Position numbers and translations under genes: made by a program. Positions 7,943-14,329 of a stretch of 32,000 nt of DNA are shown here, one piece after another. The stretch is taken from contig JAZDEL010000001.1 of the NCBI GenBank assembly GCA_043808785.1, forward strand, positions 90,001 to 122,000, read 5' to 3'. The notes below the pieces were generated by a model. That model saw only the letters and a list, made by a program, of their open reading frames with translations, was not told the DNA's origin and did no database searches. Positions within the stretch are counted from its first letter, which is position 1, and each line of letters opens with the position of its first letter. This stretch comes from Candidatus Iainarchaeum sp. (GTDB lineage Archaea > Iainarchaeota > Iainarchaeia > Iainarchaeales > JAZDEL01).

Positions 7943-8707
7943 ATGCGCAATGCGGGTTGCAGGGTTATTCTCGTAAAGCCCGAATACGGGGAAAACATAG
8001 GCTACACGGCAAGGGCAATGAAAAATTTCGGCTCCCGCGACCTTGTGCTTGTTTCCCCGCGCTGCGAACATACATCGGTTCTCGCGCGCAGCCGCGCGAT
8101 GAAAGGGAAGGAAATCCTCCTTTCCGCGAAGGTTGTGAAATCGCTTTCCGCCGCCCTGCGGGGCGTTGATTTTTCCGCCGCAACCACGGCGCGCGCCGCG
8201 CTCACCGAAAAATTAACGCGCAGCCCAATCACGGCGCGCGAATTCGCACAGAACCATGCGGGCGCAAAAAACCGCGCAAATTCGGGCATGCGTTTGGCTG
8301 TTGTTTTCGGCCCGGAAAAGGACGGTCTCACGAATGCGGAAATCGCTCTCTGCGATTTTGTCGTCGAGATTCCGGCATCGCGCTCTTACCCGACGCTTAA
8401 CCTCGGGCACGCCGCAGCGGTTGTTTTGTACGAGCTGCACTGCGCCGGCCTCGGCGCGAGGGGAAGGAAAAATAAGTCGCGCCATCTGCGCGCGGCAGAA
8501 AAGGAAAGGCTCCTGGCAAGGTTCAACGACCTCATCCACGCGGGGCAAAAAATCCGCAACAAGGATGCGGTTCTTGCCGCGTTCCGCTCCGCAATAAGCA
8601 GGTCCCCCGTAACGGAAAAGGAAGGCAGGGCGATAATCGCGGTTTTCGACAGCGTGCTCAAGCGCATCCGCGGCACAAGGCGCAGGGGCGCAAAAAACAA
8701 CAATTAA
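7943..8707 (+). CDS. trmJ: SpoU/TrmH-family RNA 2'-O-methyltransferase, TrmJ-like
   Basis: N-terminal VILVKPEYGENIGYTARAMKNFG, then VVFGPEKDGLTNAEI and EIPASRSYPTLNLGHAAAVVLYEL (SPOUT knot motifs). Confidence 0.8.
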   Translation: MRNAGCRVILVKPEYGENIGYTARAMKNFGSRDLVLVSPRCEHTSVLARSRAMKGKEILLSAKVVKSLSAALRGVDFSAATTARAALTEKLTRSPITAREFAQNHAGAKNRANSGMRLAVVFGPEKDGLTNAEIALCDFVVEIPASRSYPTLNLGHAAAVVLYELHCAGLGARGRKNKSRHLRAAEKERLLARFNDLIHAGQKIRNKDAVLAAFRSAISRSPVTEKEGRAIIAVFDSVLKRIRGTRRRGAKNNN

Positions 8708-8710
8708 ATA
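8702..8710 (+). promoter_or_regulatory. TATA-box-like element (AATTAAATA)
   Basis: It is centred 28 nt upstream of the ATG at 8734. Confidence 0.4.
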
Positions 8711-8733
8711 CAACCGTGCGCACCTATTAATGC

Positions 8734-9306
8734 ATGGCTAACGGCGGCATTCCCGCGGGCGCGAAACTCAGGAACAGGCTTTCCGCACTGCGCTCCGCAT
8801 TCGAGCGCGGGAGGGCGATAGACCTGAAGCGCATTTCGAACGATTCCATAAACGATGCCGTGCTTTCAAACGACCGCCTGCTTGCCGAACTCTCGATAAT
8901 CTCGTACGCGCTGAGCAAGCTCCTTTCAAAGCGGCACATTGTGATGCACGCGAAATGGGGAAGCGCAAGGAGGAGCATACTCTCATCGCTGGAGAAGGCG
9001 GTGTTCTCGCTGGAGCGCGGGCAGGAGAGGCAGTTCGGCACGGCATTGCAGCGCGCCGCCGACGGCGTAAGCAGCGTGGACAGGAGCATGGGCAATTACA
9101 TGCAGGGCGCGCTTGACAAGGCAAGGGTGAAAATGGCGTCAAGCGCTTATGCCGCGGGAATGAGCCTCGGGCAGGCTGCGGAATTGACGCACGCGGACAG
9201 GAAGGAACTGCAGTCGTATGTAGGGTTCACGAAAATACACGACGAGGTCCCCGCAGGGGGCGGGATAAAAGAAAGGCTGCGAAGGCTGGAGGAACTGATG
9301 GGGTAA
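8734..9306 (+). CDS. hypothetical helical protein
   Basis: 190-aa ORF with ordinary composition and a well-placed TATA box. No recognisable motif. Confidence 0.55.
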   Translation: MANGGIPAGAKLRNRLSALRSAFERGRAIDLKRISNDSINDAVLSNDRLLAELSIISYALSKLLSKRHIVMHAKWGSARRSILSSLEKAVFSLERGQERQFGTALQRAADGVSSVDRSMGNYMQGALDKARVKMASSAYAAGMSLGQAAELTHADRKELQSYVGFTKIHDEVPAGGGIKERLRRLEELMG

Positions 9307-9413
9307 GCGGCTGCGGGTGATGAGGGGGCTGTCGGGGCAACCGTCTGCGAAGGCTGAAGGAACTGGCAGGCTAACCTGCTGCGGAACCGCTGCGGCGGAA
9401 CCATCCGGCGATT

Positions 9414-10103
9414 GTGAGGGTGATTTTTTTGGCAAAATTTGTTGTCGATTCCAGCAGTTTAATTTCCCTGAGCAGCACATGCCTTGTGCGCCTCTTCGGC
9501 GCGCTCTCCGAAAACGAGGGGCTTGATTTTTACATCCCCGAATCCGTTTATGCGGAGTCCGTGGAAAGGCCTCTTGGAATAAGGCGCTTCGAACTTAATG
9601 CAGTTCGGATAAGGGACGCGGTTGACGCGGGAGAACTGCACATAGGGAAGCGCACGCCGGAGGTTGCCGCGCTCACCTCCGAACTTGAACGCTGCGGCAA
9701 CTGCATGTCCGCAAAGGGCATGCCCATGCGCCTTATCCAGCGCGGCGAAACAGAGGCGCTCGCGCTCGGGAAGGTGCTCGGCGCAAAGGCTATTGTGATT
9801 GACGAAAGGACAACGCGCATGCTTGCGGAGGACCCTTACGGCCTTAGGAAATTCCTGCAGGCGCGGCATTCAACAAAGGTTTCTGTTGATGAAGCCCTTC
9901 TCTCGCGGTTCCGCGGCATTGCCTCCGGCTTCGCCTTCGTGCGCTCCTCGGAAATTGTCGCCCTCGCATACGAAAACGATTTGTTCGGCTCGGAGTTAAG
10001 GCACGACAGGCAGGCTCTCGAGGCCGCGCTTTATGCGGTGAAATTCGGCGGCTGCGCGGTGAGCACCACGGAAATAGAGTCCTACTTGCGGGAAGTGCGC
10101 TGA
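9414..10103 (+). CDS. PIN-domain-like protein (COG2405-like)
   Basis: N-terminal FVVDSSSLISL (first acidic residue), YIPESVYAES, and GETEALALGKVLGAKAIVIDERTTR (PIN acidic motifs). The listed start is GTG at 9414; TTG at 9429 is an alternative. Confidence 0.6.
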   Translation: MRVIFLAKFVVDSSSLISLSSTCLVRLFGALSENEGLDFYIPESVYAESVERPLGIRRFELNAVRIRDAVDAGELHIGKRTPEVAALTSELERCGNCMSAKGMPMRLIQRGETEALALGKVLGAKAIVIDERTTRMLAEDPYGLRKFLQARHSTKVSVDEALLSRFRGIASGFAFVRSSEIVALAYENDLFGSELRHDRQALEAALYAVKFGGCAVSTTEIESYLREVR

Positions 10104-10128
10104 TGGCACAGGCTGGGGGCGTGCGCTG

Positions 10129-10596
10129 ATGCCGCGGAAAACAAAACTTTCGGTGCAGATAGCGGATGCAACCCCCGATGACGTTCAGGAACTCCTGGCG
10201 CTTATAAAAAAGGAATTCCCCTACCTCAAAACAACCGCGCGCAGGGTTTGGGATAAAATCGACAACCCTTATTTCATGGTTCTTAAAATGGTCGATTCAA
10301 AGCGCGGCATAATCGGCTTTGCCGAATTCCAGGCGCTCGATGCGGACAACGGCATTGCAAGGCTGAATGCCGTGGCGATAAAGGAAAAGTTCAGGGGAAA
10401 GAGGCATGCAAAGCGCCTTATGGGGGCTGCGCTGAAAAAAATGAGGGGGAACGGCTGCACAAAGGCCGTGCTCCTCGTGCGCGTGAACAACAGGAAAGCG
10501 AAAAGCCTTTACAAAGGCCTTGGCTTCAAGAAGATGGGGATGTACGGCAGGCTTATCGACGGCAAGAAAATCGAGGAATGGGAAAAGAGGCTCTGA
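10129..10596 (+). CDS. GNAT-family N-acetyltransferase (RimI-like)
   Basis: Acetyl-CoA motif A: LNAVAIKEKFRGKRHAKRLMGAAL, then AVLLVRVNNRKAKSLYKGLGFKK. Confidence 0.8.
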   Translation: MPRKTKLSVQIADATPDDVQELLALIKKEFPYLKTTARRVWDKIDNPYFMVLKMVDSKRGIIGFAEFQALDADNGIARLNAVAIKEKFRGKRHAKRLMGAALKKMRGNGCTKAVLLVRVNNRKAKSLYKGLGFKKMGMYGRLIDGKKIEEWEKRL

Positions 10597-10646
10597 TGCC
10601 GTGCGCATCCGCGGGCGCAACTTTTAAATATGTATTGGGCATGAAT

Positions 10647-10666
10647 AAGTATGTAAAAAGTATGTA
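10647..10666 (+). promoter_or_regulatory. tandem AAGTATGTA repeats (candidate MazE operator) downstream of a TTTTAAATAT box
   Basis: AAGTATGTA occurs at 10647-10655 and 10658-10666 (11-bp period), with a third ATATGTA at 10628-10634. A TATA-like box lies at 10622-10631, and GGAGG at 10672-10676 precedes the ATG at 10686. Confidence 0.4.
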
Positions 10667-10685
10667 TTTGTGGAGGCTGTTTCAA

Positions 10686-10952
10686 ATGTACGAAAGCACT
10701 GCCATTGTAGGGGAAAGGGGGCAGATAACTATTCCCAAAACGATAAGGGAACTTAACGGCATAAAGGCCAAGGACAGGGTTGTCGTTAAAATGGAGAATG
10801 AAAAAATAGTTGTTGAGAAGCCCATTGGCAAAAAGGAGAAAGAACGGCTGATTAAAGAATACTACCAAAAATATTCCAAATTAGAGGAAGAGATTGAGGA
10901 TGAGTGGAAATACGTAAGCAAAGAAGCGGACGAGATGCTGGATGATTATTAA
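10686..10952 (+). CDS. mazE: AbrB/MazE/SpoVT-family antitoxin
   Basis: A swapped-hairpin motif, VGERGQITIPKTIRELNGIKAKDRVVVKMENEKIVVEK, and an acidic C-terminal tail. It overlaps mazF by 11 nt. Confidence 0.8.
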   Translation: MYESTAIVGERGQITIPKTIRELNGIKAKDRVVVKMENEKIVVEKPIGKKEKERLIKEYYQKYSKLEEEIEDEWKYVSKEADEMLDDY

Positions 10953-11289
10953 GCGCGGAGACATAGTCCTTACGAACCTCGAGCCCGTTATGGGCTCCGA
11001 GCAGGGGAGAATACGCACCTGCCTAGTTGTGCAGAACGACCTCATAAACCAATGCAGCCCGAACACGATTATTGCCCCCCTGACTTCTAAAATTCGGGAC
11101 AAGGAGTATCCCACAACCGTGGTTGTGGCCCCTGCCGAATCAGGGCTTGATAAAGTGAGCACAATCCTTTGCAATCAGGTCAGGACCATTTCGATTGATA
11201 ACAGGGTCCTGAAGCGGCTCGGCTCCCTCAAGCCGGGCACCATGCGGAAGATAGACGAGGCGCTCAAAACCAGCCTCGGGCTGGATTGA
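10942..11289 (+). CDS. mazF: MazF/PemK-family endoribonuclease toxin
   Basis: IKRGDIVLTNLEPVMGSEQGRIRTCLVVQND...IIAPLTS...VLCNQVRTISIDR-like pattern, typical of MazF. Confidence 0.9.
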   Translation: MIIKRGDIVLTNLEPVMGSEQGRIRTCLVVQNDLINQCSPNTIIAPLTSKIRDKEYPTTVVVAPAESGLDKVSTILCNQVRTISIDNRVLKRLGSLKPGTMRKIDEALKTSLGLD

Positions 11290-11323
11290 TTTTTCTTGCC
11301 ATGTAAAAATCGGGCGTGATTGC

Positions 11324-11662
11324 ATGCAAACCGACATCGACGAAATGATTTTCCTGAAGGTTTTCGGCCCCTCGCCGAGAAACAGGGTGCTTATGTTCAT
11401 GATTGAGAACAACATTTTCGACTACTCAAAATCCGACATCGCTTCCAACTGCGGAGTTTCGCGCGCTACGCTTGACACATTTTTTGACGAACTGCTGAAA
11501 CTTGGGCTTTTGCTGAAGACAAGGTCTGTCGGCAGGGCGACTCTGTTTAAAATAAATTTCGAATCCCCGATTGTGCAGGAACTTGCAAGGCTTAACGAGC
11601 TTGTGACGGACAAATATGCGGATGCGCTTGTTGGAAAGCAGGTGCAGAAGGCTTATGCGTGA
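11324..11662 (+). CDS. winged-helix transcriptional regulator
   Basis: PRNRVLMFMIENNIFDYSKSDIASNCGVSRATLDTFFDELLKLGLLLKTRSVGRATLFKIN matches a wHTH layout (H2-turn-H3 followed by a wing). Confidence 0.65.
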   Translation: MQTDIDEMIFLKVFGPSPRNRVLMFMIENNIFDYSKSDIASNCGVSRATLDTFFDELLKLGLLLKTRSVGRATLFKINFESPIVQELARLNELVTDKYADALVGKQVQKAYA

Positions 11663-11686
11663 TTTGTGCACATTCGTCCACATATG

Positions 11687-13219
11687 CTAATACTCGCGCG
11701 CGATATAAACCACGGCCTCCGCCCTCTTTCCGCAGAAGATGCAGTTCCCTTTCGGGGCTTCCTTTTTGTCCATGCGCGTGCCCCTGACGCGCGCGCCGAG
11801 TTCCTTCTCGACTGTTTCCGCGCATTTTGCCCCGCGCATTTCCGTGGAGCAGAATTCGCAGCGTGCAATTCCCTTTCCCGAAACTATGTCCGCAACCTGC
11901 GCCTTTGTTTTCGCGTCCTTTACAATGTCCGCGAACTTTTTGTCCGCTTCCGTGCGGAGGTTTTTTGTGATTTCGGGGCCAACCTTGCCCACAAACCCAA
12001 CCAAATCTTTCGCGTTTATTTGTGTTTTTTTATTTGTATCCCTGCGGAAAACCGTAAGTTTCCCCTCTTTCACCTCGCGCGGGCCGAGTTCGATGCGCAA
12101 AGGAACGCCCTTCATTTCCCAGTAATAAAACTTTTCCCCCGGCATGAATTCGGAAAGGTCTGCCTCGGCGCGGAAGCCCGCATTGCGCAGTTCCTGCTCC
12201 AGCCTCTTTGCCCCCTTCAAAACATTTTTGTCCTTGTTCGCTGCAATAGGCACAATCACAACCTGCATTGGCGCGATTTCAAACGGGAAGCGCAGGCCCT
12301 TGTCGTCGCCGTGCGTTGAAATAACGCTGGCAAACATCCTGCTCACCGCGGGCCCGAAGCACGTTAAGTAAGCGTAATCTTCCTTCCCGTTCCTGTCCGT
12401 GAACTTCACATCAAAGGGCTTTGAAAAGTTCTGGCCTAGGAGGTGTGTGGCGGGCTGTTGAACGACTTTTCCGTCTGGCATAATCGCGTCAGCGCCGAAA
12501 CTGTCTACAGCCCCGGCAAACTTATCCCACTGCGGCCTCCTGAAGCAGATGAAAGGCACGCCCATCTGCTTATGCATAACCTCCTCCGTAATTTCCATGT
12601 CCTCCAGCGCCTGTGCCTGCGCCTCGGCGAGGGTTGCGAAAGCGTTGTGCGCCTCTATCCAGTGGAACTCGCGTGAGCGCAGGAAGGGCCTTGTCGCCTT
12701 TGTTTCATATCTCCAAACCTGCGCGCGCTGGTAGGTTTTGAACGGCAAATCCTTGTACGAGCGTATCCAGATGCTGAACATCATGTAAAACGCGGTTTCG
12801 CTCGTGGGGCGCAAAGCGAGTTTCTCCTCAAGCTTCTCCCCCGCGCCGTGCTCCGTAACCCAGAAAACCTCGGGGGCAAAGCCCTCCACGTGCTCCTTTT
12901 CCATGTGCAGGTTCTTCTCGGGAATTAGTGCGGGATACCAGTAAGGCTTGTGCCCGCGCTTCTGAAGCTCAGCCTCAAGCGCTGCGTACATGCGCTCCAT
13001 GCACATTACCGACCACGGCTGGAAAACAAGGAAACCTTTCACATTGTACCTTATGTCCGCGAGGCCCGCGGTCTTGATTATTTCGGTGAACCACGCGGAG
13101 AAGTTCTTTTCCTTGCTTATGTTAAACGTTACCTTCTCGCCGCCGCCTTTTGCCGCGCCCTTATCGGCGCCGGAATTTTTTTCCTTTTTTTCCGCCATTT
13201 TTACCAAACCCGCCTGCAT
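11687..13219 (-). CDS. proS: prolyl-tRNA synthetase, archaeal/eukaryote type
   Basis: Class II motifs (FRSREFHWIEAHNAF, VQQPATHLLGQNFSKPF, TCFGPAVSRM), an anticodon-binding domain and a C-terminal Zn-binding extension ending in ...VVYIAREY. Confidence 0.95.
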   Translation of the reverse strand: MQAGLVKMAEKKEKNSGADKGAAKGGGEKVTFNISKEKNFSAWFTEIIKTAGLADIRYNVKGFLVFQPWSVMCMERMYAALEAELQKRGHKPYWYPALIPEKNLHMEKEHVEGFAPEVFWVTEHGAGEKLEEKLALRPTSETAFYMMFSIWIRSYKDLPFKTYQRAQVWRYETKATRPFLRSREFHWIEAHNAFATLAEAQAQALEDMEITEEVMHKQMGVPFICFRRPQWDKFAGAVDSFGADAIMPDGKVVQQPATHLLGQNFSKPFDVKFTDRNGKEDYAYLTCFGPAVSRMFASVISTHGDDKGLRFPFEIAPMQVVIVPIAANKDKNVLKGAKRLEQELRNAGFRAEADLSEFMPGEKFYYWEMKGVPLRIELGPREVKEGKLTVFRRDTNKKTQINAKDLVGFVGKVGPEITKNLRTEADKKFADIVKDAKTKAQVADIVSGKGIARCEFCSTEMRGAKCAETVEKELGARVRGTRMDKKEAPKGNCIFCGKRAEAVVYIAREY

Positions 13220-13257
13220 TACTACCGCGAACCTTCTTTATTATTCTTTTTATTCAA

Positions 13258-13330
13258 TGGGGCCGGGAGGATTTGAACCCCCGCCGCCACCACCCCAAGG
13301 TGGAATCCTACCAGGCTAGACTACGGCCCC
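13258..13330 (-). tRNA. tRNA-Pro (anticodon GGG)
   Basis: The reverse complement folds as a cloverleaf. The acceptor stem is GGGGCCG/CGGCCCC. The anticodon stem is CCACC/GGTGG with loop TTGGGGT (U33, G37). The T arm is GGGGG-TTCAAAT-CCTCC and the discriminator is A. No CCA is encoded. Confidence 0.9.
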
Positions 13331-13434
13331 CTCTTCTTTTCTTGTGTGCAAACCCTTTTCAGCCTTTTCGTTGGCTATCTGCCCGCCGCAGCGGGCTGTT
13401 CTTTTCGCAAACCTTTTCTTTTTAAGAAAAGGTT

Positions 13435-13509
13435 TGGGGCCAGGCGGATTTGAACCGCCGTCGCGTGCTCCCAAAGCACGAATCCTGGACCAGGCTAGAC
13501 TATGGCCCC
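13435..13509 (-). tRNA. tRNA-Pro (anticodon UGG)
   Basis: The reverse complement folds as a cloverleaf. The acceptor stem is GGGGCCA/TGGCCCC. The anticodon stem is CGTGC/GCACG with loop TTTGGGA. The T arm is GGCGG-TTCAAAT-CCGCC and the discriminator is A. Confidence 0.9.
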
Positions 13510-13560
13510 CGACTTTTTCTTTATAAGAAAAAGTCGACAAAAAGAAGTTTTTTGCTTCGC

Positions 13561-13583
13561 AAAAAAGTTCGCCTTCGGCGAAC
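13561..13583 (-). terminator. hairpin plus T6 tract (intrinsic-terminator-like) downstream of the 13695-14215 gene
   Basis: On the minus strand, GTTCGCC-GAA-GGCGAAC is followed directly by TTTTTT. A second hairpin, TTTTTTGC-TTC-GCAAAAAA, lies adjacent at 13548-13566. Confidence 0.45.
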
Positions 13584-13694
13584 CACTCTTTTTGCCTTGA
13601 ACTTGCGTTCCGATGGCTGGCAAAAGCAGAATCAGCAAACTGGAAGTACATCCCTTCTTGCCATGAGAACCATCAGAATTTGGGCTGGAAAGGT

Positions 13695-14215
13695 TTATAA
13701 TGGTTTTTGGGGCGTGCCCTTGTTTTTTGGCGGGTCAAATGGGTAGGCGCCGTGCTTTATCTGGTCGAGGAAGTATCTCCTGGTTTCGGCTGTCATTTCC
13801 TCAGGCCTGAGCAGCACATCAATGAACCGCGGATCGACCTGGTTTGCTATGTACGTCTGCCTGTGCACCCTCACCTTTTCCAGGGTTTCCTTGAGCGCAA
13901 TCTCATCAACCTGCCCGCTTCCCCGCTCCTCGGTCCTGAGCGCATCCAGCCTTCTGAGTTCGAAGAATGCCATCTGCAAATCCTGCGAGCCGCTCTCCTT
14001 CACAAGCTTTGCAAATTTCGCAATCTCCTGCTGTGCGCGGTTTGCGGGGTTTTTGTGGCCTCTATTGCGGTGTTCAGCATGAACGGCACAAGCTTCAGCC
14101 TCGCGGTTGTTATTTCCCTGGGCTTTGTCAGGCCCTTGACATTCTTTATCAGGCCATCGGTGCGGGTTACGATAACCTTATTTTTCCTGCCGAAAGGGTT
14201 TTTGAAAAACTTCAT
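13695..14215 (-). pseudogene. hypothetical gene interrupted by a frameshift at a homopolymer run
   Basis: A 5' ORF (14215-14000) and a 3' frame open down to 13695 overlap. One extra A in the A5C4 run (plus-strand G4T5 at 14046-14054) would fuse them into ...NTAIEATKNPANRAQQEIAKF... (about 173 aa). A TATA box sits upstream of the ATG at 14215. Confidence 0.45.
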
Positions 14216-14245
14216 AACAACTCCAAAATAATAACCGCTCCCGCG

Positions 14246-14253
14246 TATTTAAA
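14246..14253 (-). promoter_or_regulatory. TATA-box-like element (TATTTAAA / TTTAAATA)
   Basis: It is centred about 34 nt upstream of the minus-strand ATG at 14215. Confidence 0.4.
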
Positions 14254-14299
14254 CATTCTCCCGCGCGGTTTTTTGGCGAAAACCCGCCCTGCGGAAATC

Positions 14300-14306
14300 T
14301 ATTATA
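14300..14306 (+). promoter_or_regulatory. TATA-box-like element (TATTATA) for the DNA ligase gene
   Basis: It is centred 27 nt upstream of the ATG at 14330, which fits a leaderless transcript. Confidence 0.45.
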
Positions 14307-14329
14307 CCCTAAAGTGGTTATATTCCTTC

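Noticed and set aside
9317-9354. Possible C/D-box sRNA (GTGATGA at 9317-9323 and CTGA at 9351-9354)
   Set aside because: There are no recognisable C' or D' boxes, the spacing between the boxes is too short for two guide regions, and there are no terminal complementary ends. The match is probably chance within the duplicated spacer.
10628-10637. Shared ATATGTATTG 10-mer upstream of mazE (10628) and inside the right islet repeat (30852), as a possible common TA promoter motif
   Set aside because: It is a single short AT-rich match, which is plausible by chance in 64 kb of two-strand sequence, and there is no supporting third exact copy.
13967-14329. N-terminal 121-codon extension of the DNA ligase ORF (the track lists 13967..16180)
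   Set aside because: The extension is Arg/Cys/Pro-rich and overlaps the minus-strand gene and both divergent TATA boxes. Ligase-like sequence begins at MKFSSLAGHF (ATG at 14330), which has a TATTATA box 27 nt upstream.
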